A stretch of DNA of 64,000 nt from a virus, in IMG/VR virus record IMGVR_UViG_3300023223_000669, positions 1 through 64,000 of that record. One strand, given 5' to 3'. The notes below the pieces were generated by a model. That model made no database searches. It had not been told where the DNA came from and saw only the letters and a list, made by a program, of their open reading frames with translations. The position numbers and the translations under genes were made by a program. Positions 37,345 to 48,183 of the stretch are shown here, in pieces. Position 1 is the first letter of the stretch; the number at the start of each line of letters is the position of its first letter.

Positions 37345-37903
37345 ACTCTCTAGTAGCCTTTATGTATAGCCCCCTCCTAGGTCACCAGGGCCGCTGCGAT
37401 AGTGACTAACGCCCCAATCAGGAGCAGCCAGGCCATGCAGTAACACGCCCATCCTAGTCCTTCTCTTACTGTAATTTTGCTTGAAATAGGCTTACAGCCA
37501 CAGTCGCCCCACAGGACCCTAGCCGCAGCCACAGGTCCGCTCATGTGCGTGAAGCATTTAGCACATATCTCCATTATGTCTTTCATAATTTTAAGCATAC
37601 AATCATCACAACACCAACAGTAAACGCTACAGTCAATAGCGTCATGATGACGATCAAGTTTTCTCTTTGCTGCTTGGTCATGGTGATCCACTATACCACA
37701 TAAGTAGGCGAAGTCAAGGGAATTCGCTTGACAGCGGGATGGTTTTGGTGTATTATGTGTAATGAGACAAGAGGATAGTCCTGGCGAGGGCTTGAAAAGG
37801 ACAATTGTGAAGGTTTGTGGCAGCAGACTGGCCGATATCGGCCGCACGAGCGTTTTTCCTCGTATTACCTTGACATTGGGCGTTTTTGAGCGTATAATGA
37901 GGT

Positions 37904-38083
37904 ATGCAAAAATTCATCACATACGACGATGGGAACGAGATTCTCGTGACTACTCCCGAAGCTGAAGCAGAGGCCATTCGTCTCTATTTCATTGAAGGTG
38001 GTCGCCTCCTCGATGATTTCGATCGTGAGGAACGTACTACTGAGGCGATTTGTATTACATTCATGAGCAAGGTAGGGTACTAA
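37904..38083 (+). CDS. small hypothetical protein (59 aa, not in ORF track)
   Basis: MQKFITYDDGNEILV...SKVGY; TTGACA-17-TATAAT at 37870-37898. Confidence 0.6.
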   Translation: MQKFITYDDGNEILVTTPEAEAEAIRLYFIEGGRLLDDFDREERTTEAICITFMSKVGY

Positions 38084-38087
38084 TTGA

Positions 38088-38164
38088 CGCAGGGTGGAGC
38101 AGCAAGGCAGCTCGTCAGCTTCATAAGCTGAAGGTCGTGGGTTCGAATCCCACTCCTGCTACCA
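38088..38164 (+). tRNA. tRNA-Met(CAT), initiator-like
   Basis: C1.U72 mismatch, A11-U24, TCAGC-TTCATAA-GCTGA, CCA; lacks the three G-C anticodon-stem pairs. Confidence 0.88.
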
Positions 38165-38315
38165 GTACAGGCGGTGTAAATGACTAATGCCACACCGTGC
38201 AAGAGGGGCTTTAAAAGAGAGGACAAAGCGATTGGGTCCGTCGATTTTCCGCCAATCGTGAAAACCTCAGCCGCAGACGGGCGGAAGCGGTGATAAATTT
38301 CATCGCCCCCTCAGG

Positions 38316-38348
38316 AGACCGGGGCCGAAAAGGCTCTGGTCTTTTTTA
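38316..38348 (+). terminator. Rho-independent terminator
   Basis: AGACCGGGGCC-GAAAA-GGCTCTGGTCT-TTTTTT. Confidence 0.85.
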
Positions 38349-38862
38349 TGCCTATAGAGGATGGGGGTCATCATGCACAGTGGTTCATAAACTATTTATG
38401 ATCCGCCGTGTAGCATTGCTTGAAAATCCTGCAAGTACCACGTTTTCCCTTACTATGTAATTGCCACAAAATCGTGGCAGGCTGGGAAATGCCCTTACTG
38501 TATTCTGGCCCTCCTCGCCCGCTCGGCGGGCGAGGAGGGAAAAAGATTCCTCACCGGGAACAAAGTTCCCGGCGGGAAGCCTGTTCTCGGTGGAAGGACT
38601 TTACCAGCGGGTGCATTATGTTTTTAGGGTGGGAAATGCGGTAATTCCACACATTCATATATAATTTTTAAATGTGTTCTCTCAGACAGTCACGCCTGTT
38701 TTACGCTCGGCGTCCTCGATACGCTCACATCATACTACACTCACGGTAGAATGCAAGCTTGAAATAGATTTTCTTTTCGCTTGCCTTTTCGCGAAATTAC
38801 GTTATACTGCTGGCGTCAACACAAAAACGCCCCGCGTGGGCACAATCCAAGAGGGTAAACAT

Positions 38863-39093
38863 ATGGCCAAGGCCAACACCGAAGAGAAACGCGGCAGGGG
38901 CCGCCCCGCCAACTTCCCGAAGGACGTGGAAACCATCGCCCGCCTTTACAAGCTGCCCGTCGCCACCGTCGAGGCCGCCGAGCAAGCCCGTAAGACGCTC
39001 CCGGGCGACCGCCTGGAGCCCATCGGCGTGACCATCGACCGCCTGATCAATCGTGGTCTGCGGGAGGTCAACCGCCGCAACCGCAAGTCGTAG
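38863..39093 (+). CDS. small DNA-binding protein (AT-hook-like RGRGRP, possibly ribbon-helix-helix)
   Basis: MAKANTEEKRGRGRP...VTIDRLINRGL; SD GAGGG and TTGCCT-16-TATACT upstream. Confidence 0.6.
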   Translation: MAKANTEEKRGRGRPANFPKDVETIARLYKLPVATVEAAEQARKTLPGDRLEPIGVTIDRLINRGLREVNRRNRKS

Positions 39094-39268
39094 AACATCC
39101 TACGCGGGGTCTTTTCGAGCCCCATCAGCTCTGCTGGAATCACAATAGGATACTATTCACTGATTCGGAGCCGCTGATGGGGCTCGATCTTTTATCAGAA
39201 TTGCCTTGCTTTTCTGCCAATCGGTGCTATACTGCTGGTGAATCGCAACCCTAACCAAAGGTAATACC

Positions 39269-40324
39269 ATGACGATTCAAGGTTATTTCAATGCTCGCCT
39301 GGAAGGCGACACCCGCCCCAAGGGCATGTTCGCTGGTATCGAAGGGGAGACCTCCGAAGATATCATCGAGAGCATCCAGGACTTCCTGGTAGCTGCTGGG
39401 CGGAACTACGGCATCCTCCGGGTGCCTGCCTATGTCAACGATCCGTTCGGTGGGGTGGATGATGATGGGAAAGTCGTTCCCGCTCTCCGCGAGGTCGAGA
39501 ATCAATTTCACCTCGCCCGCACGAACGACGGGCACATCGTTTCACCGCATACGGTCACCGCACAGTATGCCCCGATGACCCTGATGGATGTCGCGACCGA
39601 GGTGCAGCCGTTTTGTGATAACGGTTGGGCTACCCCCGATGCCGTCTATGATGGCAAGAATGGTAGCGTTGAGCTTCTTTCGCTTCGCCTTGATGCTGGC
39701 GGTAGGCTTCCCAACGGGGAACTATGGTCGCATCATATCGTGTTCCGTCTCCCGCATGGTAGCGGCGGGAAAATCAAGGGCACGATCATGAGCCACCGCA
39801 ACACTTGCTCTAACGTGTTTAGTGCAATTGGACGGGGCTTCGAACTCGTGGTCACGCACCGTTGTTCCGCCAAGATGACGGAAGATGAGCGTCAAGCCAT
39901 CATGTCCGAACGGGCACAAGCCGCCATCTCTGCATGGGCTCAAGTCCAGGACTACCTCGATACCCTTTCCAAGCGTATCGAAACGTGGTCCGCACAAGCC
40001 GTCTCCTTCGCTCAGGCGGAGGGACTGACGGACAAGCTGCTGGGTATCACCGATCTCGATAAGGCCAGCACGCGGAAGAAGAACGTCCGAGAGGCCATCC
40101 TCTCCGGGTTCTCCATGCCGCAGTATGGCACGTTCGGGGCGACTGTGTACGATTGGATGAACGCCGTGACGTTTATCAACTCCAGCCCGAATTCGGCCAT
40201 GGTGAAGAAGTCCAAGGTTTCGGCCGTGGACCGTCTCATCCGCATCATCGACCCGAACGGCTCAGGCTACAAGCTTGAGGCAAAGGCCGAGAAAATCGCT
40301 GCCGCGTTCGTAAGCAACGCCTAA
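39269..40324 (+). CDS. DUF932-like phage/plasmid protein
   Basis: LARTNDG, YAPM, HGSG, HRNTCSN, GATVYDWMNAVT. Confidence 0.7.
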   Translation: MTIQGYFNARLEGDTRPKGMFAGIEGETSEDIIESIQDFLVAAGRNYGILRVPAYVNDPFGGVDDDGKVVPALREVENQFHLARTNDGHIVSPHTVTAQYAPMTLMDVATEVQPFCDNGWATPDAVYDGKNGSVELLSLRLDAGGRLPNGELWSHHIVFRLPHGSGGKIKGTIMSHRNTCSNVFSAIGRGFELVVTHRCSAKMTEDERQAIMSERAQAAISAWAQVQDYLDTLSKRIETWSAQAVSFAQAEGLTDKLLGITDLDKASTRKKNVREAILSGFSMPQYGTFGATVYDWMNAVTFINSSPNSAMVKKSKVSAVDRLIRIIDPNGSGYKLEAKAEKIAAAFVSNA

Positions 40325-40330
40325 TCAAAC

Positions 40331-40372
40331 CCTCAAGGGGCCGCTTGACAAAGCGGCCCCTTGAGGTATACT
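40331..40372 (+). promoter_or_regulatory. hairpin-embedded sigma70 promoter (also 40605-40646, 43311-43351, variant 44632-44674)
   Basis: CCTCAAGGGGCCGC-TTGACAAA-GCGGCCCCTTGAGG-TATACT. Confidence 0.85.
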
Positions 40373-40965
40373 CTGTCAATGGCAAGACACACTATCGGTT
40401 TCAAACGTGGTTCCGTCCGGGGTGCTCCGCCAGATGTGTACATCGGATTCGGGACCTACGCTAACGAGAATGACAGAGAACCCTGGGCAGACGCTTTCAA
40501 GCTCTGCAAGCATTACGGCATCATCGCCCTAGGTTTGGTTCTCCTGTTCTTTGTCGGTTCCGTTCTTTGGGTTCTCGGATGGATACCCGACGACTAAACA
40601 TAAATCCAAGGGGCCGCTTGACAAAGCGGCCCCTTGGTGTTATACTGTAGCATCATGGATAAAGAAACAACAATCTTCGCGACCATCGGGGTCTTCGTCC
40701 TCGTGATCCTGACCGCCCTATGCACATGGGGTCTCACCCGTGACACAATGCGGACCGACGCCATGGCCCACGGTGCGGGTCATTGGGTCATCGTGGACAG
40801 TGACAATGCTTTCGTTTGGGGACCGGCCCCAGAATAGCTACAAGTTTTTCAAGACCCCTTAACGTATATCATACGTGACCGCCCCTGCCGATATGGCCTG
40901 CCATATCGGCAGGAATATGTTTCCTGCCAATTTGGCCGAGTACACGCTGCTCCTCAACACTACCA

Positions 40966-41162
40966 TTATACCGCCCCGAAGGGCGGTAGTCAAGCTAGAA
41001 AACACAAACCATACAAACTAAGTGCTCGATGTCGTGTAAAATGGGCCGCTCAAGGGGGCTGGGATGCCGCGTGCTGGCATATCTCGACCCGCCCGCGTAC
41101 CCATAGCACGCAGAGCGTGCGAAAGCCCGGGAGGGACGAGGAGAGGGCGGGTCGAGCGATTT
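40966..41162. repeat. about 195-bp block-conserved direct repeat, copy 1 (copy 2 at 45520-45713)
   Basis: Shared blocks CGTGTAAAATGG-CCGCTCAAGG, GCATATCTCGACCC, GCACGC-N3-GCGTGCGAA, CGAGGAGAG, GAGCGATT with equal spacer lengths. Confidence 0.8.
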
Positions 41163-41427
41163 CAATTTAGAGCTTGCATTCTCCCGATTGTGGGGTATGA
41201 TAGGGCATGAAGCAAGAAGATAACAATCCGTTCCGCCCCGTGGCTCCCCGCCCCGGTGATGCCCTGTTTGGGGGTCGCCGTGAGGCTATCGCTGCCTCTC
41301 GCTGCATGCCCGCCCCTGTCGGGTGCGGCGGATCCGTTTCGGTTCAAGGGTTCCGCGACGATCTCTCCCGGAAAGAATTTCGCATCTCTGGTCTTTGCCA
41401 GGCATGTCAGGATTCTGTTTTCGGAAC

Positions 41428-41877
41428 ATGAAATCGCATAAGTTTTGGAAAAAGGCTTCCATCCCGGATCAATGCTGGGAATGGCAAGGTGGGAAATCTG
41501 TTCCTGGTGGATATGGAAAGACAACCCGGAAAAATAGGACAGAATATGCCCATAGAGTAGCCTGGGAATTATTTCACGGCGAGAAAATTCCCGACGATCT
41601 TTGTGTTTTACATAAGTGTGACAATACAGCATGTGTAAATCCTTTCCACCTATTTCTAGGAACGAAGGGAGAAAATAATACCGATCGGGCAAACAAAGGC
41701 CGTAATGGCAATGTAAGAGGTGAAGCCCACGGTAATGCAAAACTTTCTGCTAAACAAGTCGAGCAGATTAGAAAACTTTACACAACGAAAAATTATTCTC
41801 ATAGTGATCTAGCAGAAATGTTTTCGGTTTGTGCGGCTACAATCGGAAAAATTTGTAGACAAGAAAGATGGAAATAA
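41428..41877 (+). CDS. HNH endonuclease
   Basis: CWEWQG, YAHRVAWE, VLHKCDNTACVNPFHLFLGT..EN..DR, C-terminal HTH. Confidence 0.9.
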   Translation: MKSHKFWKKASIPDQCWEWQGGKSVPGGYGKTTRKNRTEYAHRVAWELFHGEKIPDDLCVLHKCDNTACVNPFHLFLGTKGENNTDRANKGRNGNVRGEAHGNAKLSAKQVEQIRKLYTTKNYSHSDLAEMFSVCAATIGKICRQERWK

Positions 41878-42096
41878 TCCTTGCCCAAAAGTCGATTTCC
41901 CTTGCTTTCCGCCCGTAGGATAGTATACTGCTGTCATGGATGAAAAGCTGTTTGAGCGTTTCGAGGAAGCCGTCCAAGAGTATTTCGACCACGGCACGGC
42001 AGCGGGCCTTGCAGCCAAGAAAACCCTTCGCGAAGAGGTGGGCGACGAAATAATGGTAGAGCTTGCCGACGAGTATCGAAAACGTAAGGGAATGAA

Positions 42097-43293
42097 ATGA
42101 CAGAATACCCCGAAAGTCAGATAGGCTGGATCCGCGAGCGTCCTGCTCGTGCCCTGAAAATCTATTTCAAGGGTAGCCGATCGTCTGCCATTACGGAGAT
42201 GTGCATTGGATGCATTGGCTCCGCTCAAGAGGCTAAGAAATGCGAATGTCTTGATTGCCCCTTGTGGCTGTTCCGTCCAGGGGCAATCAAGGGGCAGGTA
42301 CCGGAGCACGTCCCTTCGTCGGACGAGCTTGCAAAGCTCGCCGACGAGAAGGTATCGCCCGCCGTGCGGGAGCACGCACGGAGGCTAGGCGAGTCGAGGA
42401 AAAAGGTGACGGAATGAAATTCGAAGAAGCATTAGCTATCGTTTTTTGTCTAGCCCAACAGAATCAACTCGAAAACGACGTTATCGAGGATGATCCGGTT
42501 TTGCTGAAAGAATATGAACGCCAGACAGAAGCTATTGAGATTGTGAGTGATTTTGCTCATAACGTAGACCTTTCCGAATTCGACGCGGACGACGAACCGA
42601 CGGGGCGGCCCGTTGTTGTGACGTGTCATTCATGCGGGGAGGTACTTGATTCGCATGATGAAGGTGAAGATCAAACATGCGGCGGTTGCGGTTCTTGTGA
42701 CGTGACGGTGGATGCCAATGGACCACCTATCGGCTCGTGAAACTTCTCCTTTTTCTCCTTGCTTATTGTCATACGTGGGGTATAATCCTGATACTATGGA
42801 TAAGGAGAACAAAGGGATGATACAAGTAGAAATCACCGAAGAGGATGCTGTAGAGCTTCGCTGGATCATACGATCCAGGGGCGGCAGCGGACTACGTAGC
42901 AAACTCAAAACCGCCTTATTCGGTCTCAAGCCTGAATGGGCTGAGGAATTCGAGGAAGAATAAGACATGGAAATCATTACCGAACAAGTCGCGGGTCGCA
43001 TGATCCGCCAGGAAAGTGGCGGCAGGCTCTTTGGCGTTACCTTCCGCAAGGCGGACGGCAACGTCCGTAGGCTCGTCGGCCGTCGCGGCGTGCAACTCGG
43101 CGTCAAGGGCACCGGCAACCCCGAGCCCGTTGGTATCGTCCGGGTTCACGAGTTCGTCACGCGAGCCGAAACGGTCCGCGACGGCAAGGGCCTCTACGCG
43201 GGTGACGGCAACGCCACCACGCAATGGCGGAGCTTCCGGCTCGATCGGCTGGAGAAACTCCGCATGGGCGGAAAAGAGTACCAGGTCGCTTAG
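42097..43293 (+). CDS. early small genes: Cys-rich 42097-42417, acidic Zn-ribbon 42414-42740, 42796-42963, beta-barrel-like 42967-43293
   Basis: CIGC..C.C..CPLW; CxxC..CxxC with very acidic N-half; FGVTFRKADGNVR. Confidence 0.55.
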
Positions 43294-43357
43294 CCTTCGG
43301 CTAAAGAAAACCCAAGGGGCCGCTTGACATGGCGGCCCCTTGGGGTATACTACTAAC

Positions 43358-43588
43358 ATGAAATTAGAATTCGACAGTATAGAGGAAGTCAAAGCATTCG
43401 TGGTCAACCTTGGTGGCGTGAATACCGCTACCTTCAAGCATCCCGGCGACGTAGCTCTCACGCTTGCCAAACTTGCGAATGAGGGCATGCGTGGTGGTAA
43501 AATTCAGGCTATCAAAATCTTTCGAGCTGTCACTGGACATGATCTCAAAGCATCAAAGGTAGCGATCGATAATGTTTGGGATTATTAG
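43358..43588 (+). CDS. ribosomal protein L7/L12 C-terminal-domain-like protein
   Basis: GKIQAIKIFRAVTGHDLKASKVAID. Confidence 0.6.
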   Translation: MKLEFDSIEEVKAFVVNLGGVNTATFKHPGDVALTLAKLANEGMRGGKIQAIKIFRAVTGHDLKASKVAIDNVWDY

Positions 43589-43622
43589 CTTGCTTCCTAG
43601 TATAGCCGTGCTATACTAGGGT

Positions 43623-46600
43623 ATGAACGAGCAAAACGAAATCCGTGGCGACGAGCGTGAAGACGCTTTCGAGAATGCCCCCGAGCAGTCCGAGCTTACC
43701 GAGAAGGAGCTTGACGAGCAGGAGGCCATGCAGAATCCCGGCGGGGATCCTTGGCGACTGGAGTGGTAATGATGGACCACGGTCCTGCTGTCCGTAAGCC
43801 CAAGATGGTCATAACCGTTTTATGCTTATGGGTAATCCTCGTTTTCGGGCTTGACATCTTGAAAGCATGGGGTATACTCTAGTGGTTCGAATGATCGAGC
43901 AGAGTCAAGTAGGAGACTGAGCCATGAAAGAGAAAGACACGAAGGCCTGGAGGGAAGTTAGCCGTATGCAACGAGAAGCCGCAAAAGAGACAAAAGGTGA
44001 ACTGGTGGCATCGTGCAGGCTGCACGAGAAAACTATCGTTGCTCTGATCGAAGAGAACAAGTGCCTACGGCTAAAGCTTTCTCAAGCTGAGAAACACCTA
44101 GCTAACCTTGGTGCTACCAAGGAGGACTGAGCCACGAGTGTAAACCATATGCTCCTTGAGCGGAGCGAAGGGACGAAGCAATGAAAATCCGCACCATTTC
44201 GAGCAACGACAAAAAAGGCACGGCTATGATCGTGCTAGTGCAGCCCGATCCCAATAACAAGGGACGGGATATGAGCGAAACTCGCCACCTCAAGGGGAAA
44301 GGCGATTTCTGGACGGACAACGACGGAAACGTGTTCACCCGCAACGGTGCTAGCTTCACGCTGAGGGGCGAGTAATGCTAACCAGCAAGGAAGCAAAACG
44401 CAAGGCGGCGGTTATAGCGGTCCGTTGTCGTGTCATCGCCGACATTGCCGTAGCCGTAGGGAGCGAAGCGGTCAAGCTGCCCGAGGGCCACCCTAACAAG
44501 AAGCAAGTCCGCATGTGCCTTGAAACACTCAAGAAAATCGTGGATAAAGCGACCGAAGAGGCCATGCTTTACCTGGCCTTTGCGGACGAGGTGCCCGAGC
44601 AAGTCTTGAGAGATCGCCTCAAGTAATCACAATCGGGGGAAGTCGCTTGACTTCCCCCGATGATGTGGTACTATACAGCATGGAAGCACAGCACACATGC
44701 CGTTTCTGTGACGCCCCTGTGACGGATCCCCTAGCAATCGAACGAGCAGAGCGTATTGCTCGCAACGTCAATGCAAGGGGCAACCATGTCACGGGGCAGC
44801 CCTGGATTACGCCGGTACGCCCCGCCTATTTCTGCTCCCCTGAGTGCGTATACGCCAAGTATATAGGCTGATGGAACGCGGACGCCGAGTAAGGCATTAC
44901 GCCATGGGGCACGAGCAAACGCCTTCGGGTGATAGCCTGGAGGTGCTGGGTAAGCTAGCCAAGGCGATCCTTTGGATCGCCTTGGTGTTTTTACCCTTAG
45001 TTTTTCTTGACTTCGTGTGCGGACGGGGTACACTGTAATCATGCAAGCAATCGAAATACATTCCCTTTTTCAAGCGGACGAAGCATACCGCGAATTGGGA
45101 GCAACGCATTACCACGACTCACACTATCCCGGCAGTCGCCGTATGTGCGATTGGGGTTGGAGAGAGGGCGGCCTATTCTCCCGCCACTATTTCAACGCCG
45201 AAGGAACCGAGATTGGCTTAGTTATTCCCGACTTCTTCCCTCTGGACATGGGGGTCCAAATATTCGATAAGCCCCGCGTGTGGGGAATCGAGCACGACCT
45301 ACACCCGCTGACTGTATAGCGGCCGGGCGTAGCACTTGGGAACATAGTTCCCAAAAATCGTACAAGGTACACAATAACGCTTTTAATACACTACTTTTAC
45401 CCATTTCCCGATTGTAACGGTTGGGTAGCCTGTCGCAGTTTTACATAACTTTTACATTCCCGGATCTGCCAAAATGGCAGTCTGTCCTGCCAAAATGGCG
45501 GTTACGAACTGGACGCTAAATTATACCCTGTTTTACGCCTATGTCAAGTAGCAACACAAACTTTACAAACCAGATGCTCGGTCCCGTGTAAAATGGCCCG
45601 CTCAAGGCACCTCAATTGCCTCGTGTTAGCATATCTCGACCCCACCGCGTAGGGCTTGCACGCGGAGCGTGCGAAGGGCTGGCACGAGCGAGGAGAGAGC
45701 GTCTGGAGCGATTGTTCGAGAATTGTAAGTCTCACATTTGGTTGTTGCTTCTCCCCCATTTTACGGTATTGTTCCTTATGAGAAACGCAAACGGGATGAC
45801 GCGGGAAGAAAATACCGCCCGCCGCATGGTCATCGTGACGGTGCTGAAAAAACTTCGCACCGTGGTCCGGGAAGGCAATTCCGCCTACGAAAGAATGGCA
45901 CAGAACATTCTGACCAGGGAAAATGATGCTGCCGATGCCTTGATTCGGGAAGCCCTTTCCTAGCAAGGGAAATCGAATTTCCCCCTCATGTTTAGCACCC
46001 CGGATGCCGATAGTATACAGTAGGAAGGAAACGAACATGAGACTAAGAAATAAAATCCTGGCCCTCGCTTTCGCCGTTTCACCCTTTGCTTACATGGCTG
46101 TTAGGGTGATGACGATATGAGAAAAAAATACCCTGGCCCCGATGGAATTCTTTGCCACCTATGCGGGATCCGCTTGGACGACCCGCGTCATATGGCATGG
46201 GAAAAAAAAGACGGTACTTGCCAAATCTTTCTCCATAGCTTCTCGGATGACGAATCCGGGACAGCGTACCCTACCCTTGTCTGTGAGGCCCCAGGGTGCA
46301 ATACCCTCCACCGTGGAACAATCCGCCCGTGGGCATGCTCATCAGCATGCTATGCGGAAATAGTTTCCCTGTAGCCTAGGCGATAGCAACGCCTAGGGGT
46401 GGCCCTTGGCCCCCCTATGGCGTTATCTTTTTTCGTGCGGGGCTAAGCTACGCTCGGCTCGGCCATCATGCGGCATGGGCCAGCACACGCCCCTACAGCA
46501 TATGAAATTTCTTCCTGGGGGTACTGTATCATAACTGTAAGGCACGAATTTGGTTTTTGCTTTTCCAAGCGGATAGGGTATACTGACAACGGATTCGGAA

Positions 46601-47400
46601 ACCAAAGGAAACGGAACGATGTCATACGCCGCAAACAAAACAGTGACCGACAGCCTGGCCCGCCAGATTGCCGCTCTGATGGGTCGCCCCCATGGGATCC
46701 GCCTCTATCTGAGGGGCGAATACAGCACCCCCGAGGAGCTTCGGCAGGCCGAACGTAAGGCCCGCGTAATGGCGGAGTGCGAAGCCATCAACGGAGAGCA
46801 ACGGGCCGCCTCCAGGCAGGCCGCCAGTCAGGCCGCATGCGAAATAGTTTACGGTCGGGCCGCCAAGGGTGGAAAATAATGTACACCCTTGCTCTCACCT
46901 CGGCAGACCTCAAGACGATCGCCTTCGTAGGCGGAAGATACTTCTGGAGCGAAAGCCTTTCCAGCCTGGGCTTGGGGTGGAACAAAGTACCCGAGCATGA
47001 GGCATGGGAAATCGTTTCCCATTTTACAGAGGATACTGAGGGGGGACATTCTTTCTTCCCCATGCTATCCCACACGAGCAGCCTAGCAGGAAAACTTTTC
47101 ACATTCATGGAGGAGATCGTCTGATGTGGAAAAAACTTCTCATCGGTGCTGCTCTCGTGGTGGGGGGCTACGCTGTCGGGGCCAAGGCCCCTAGCGTCTA
47201 CTGTGGTACGCTGGAGGGGTGGGCCGATGGCACGGGCTCGCCTTGCGAGGCCGTAGCGGCCCATTTCGAGCCCTTCTGTGCCCGCCATTGGTACGAGGTG
47301 ACACAGTGAAGAAAATACGCACACGAACATTCTTCCTAGTGCAGCTAACGGTATTTATTGCTGCATTGCGAGTGTTCGCATACGTCAACGGCTTCGGGTA
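43623..47400 (+). CDS. cluster of small early hypothetical genes, many with their own sigma70 promoter
   Basis: e.g. 43924-44130, 44181-44375, 44375-44626, 45040-45319, 45788-45963, 46117-46374, 46619-46879, 46879-47124, 47124-47309. Confidence 0.5.
45520..45713. repeat. about 195-bp block-conserved direct repeat, copy 2
   Basis: Same blocks as copy 1; begins at a leftward TTGACA-16-TATAAT promoter. Confidence 0.8.
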
Positions 47401-47431
47401 GCAAGAATTTCCGTCTCGTTTCGTTTCCGGA

Positions 47432-47468
47432 GTGCCCCCTGCCATCGTGGCAGGGGGTACTTTTTTCA
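47432..47468. terminator. hairpin between convergent gene blocks
   Basis: CCCCCTGCCA-TCG-TGGCAGGGGG followed by a T-run on the plus strand. Confidence 0.8.
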
Positions 47469-47544
47469 TTCCAGCGGTCGGAAATTCTTTCCGGAAGGGG
47501 CCTGGTACCTCAACCACAGGGCAACATGAAAATCCAATTAATAG

Positions 47545-48183
47545 CTACTCATCCCTTTCGCTGTGCGACCAACTCCCATCCTCATTGATCATGACGACCA
47601 ATCGCCTCTTCGGCATCACCCCTTCCACAAGAGTCTTGTGGAAGAAGAATACTAGCTCCTGGAAGACCTCGCATGCTCTCTCGCGGCCCATTGTGTTATA
47701 CCGTTTCTCGGCTTGGCGATAGCCATGCCGAAACCAATCCATATAGTTGTATGGCATACGCGTATGCCGCGAGAAGGCTTGTCGTAAACGGGCCTCAATT
47801 ATAACGTCTAGATGAGGCTCGGGACTCCGCCTCTTTAGGGGCGGACACTTGGTTTTTACCATAGTCTCCACATTGGTTTTCAAGACCAAGTAATGATCGC
47901 GATGCACCCACCAGAATGGATTGCCCACGTCAAAGACCTTAGGAAACTTGATAACAAAATTCCCTGCCCTCATCCATTGTTCACAGCCATGAGCCATCGC
48001 TTCGTCTTCGAAGGACTGCATATCCCAATGGTCCATCGTGTCATGTGCTAGCCCCGGCACATAGGTAGAAGACCTATACGGCGGAACAGCACCAACGCGT
48101 TTCCAGCCATATCGCGTCCTTGCGTAAGGTAGATAATACTCACACGGCTCAGACTGGAATTCCGCTAGGATCATTAGTCCCAT
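47545..48183 (-). CDS. hypothetical protein
   Basis: 212 aa; AHDTMDH...EDEAMAHG possible metal site. Confidence 0.6.
   Translation of the reverse strand: MGLMILAEFQSEPCEYYLPYARTRYGWKRVGAVPPYRSSTYVPGLAHDTMDHWDMQSFEDEAMAHGCEQWMRAGNFVIKFPKVFDVGNPFWWVHRDHYLVLKTNVETMVKTKCPPLKRRSPEPHLDVIIEARLRQAFSRHTRMPYNYMDWFRHGYRQAEKRYNTMGRERACEVFQELVFFFHKTLVEGVMPKRRLVVMINEDGSWSHSERDE

Noticed and set aside
43623-43769. 48-aa very acidic peptide (and acidic 42414-42740) as a DNA-mimic anti-restriction protein
   Set aside because: Composition alone is insufficient; no similarity to Ocr or ArdA recognised.
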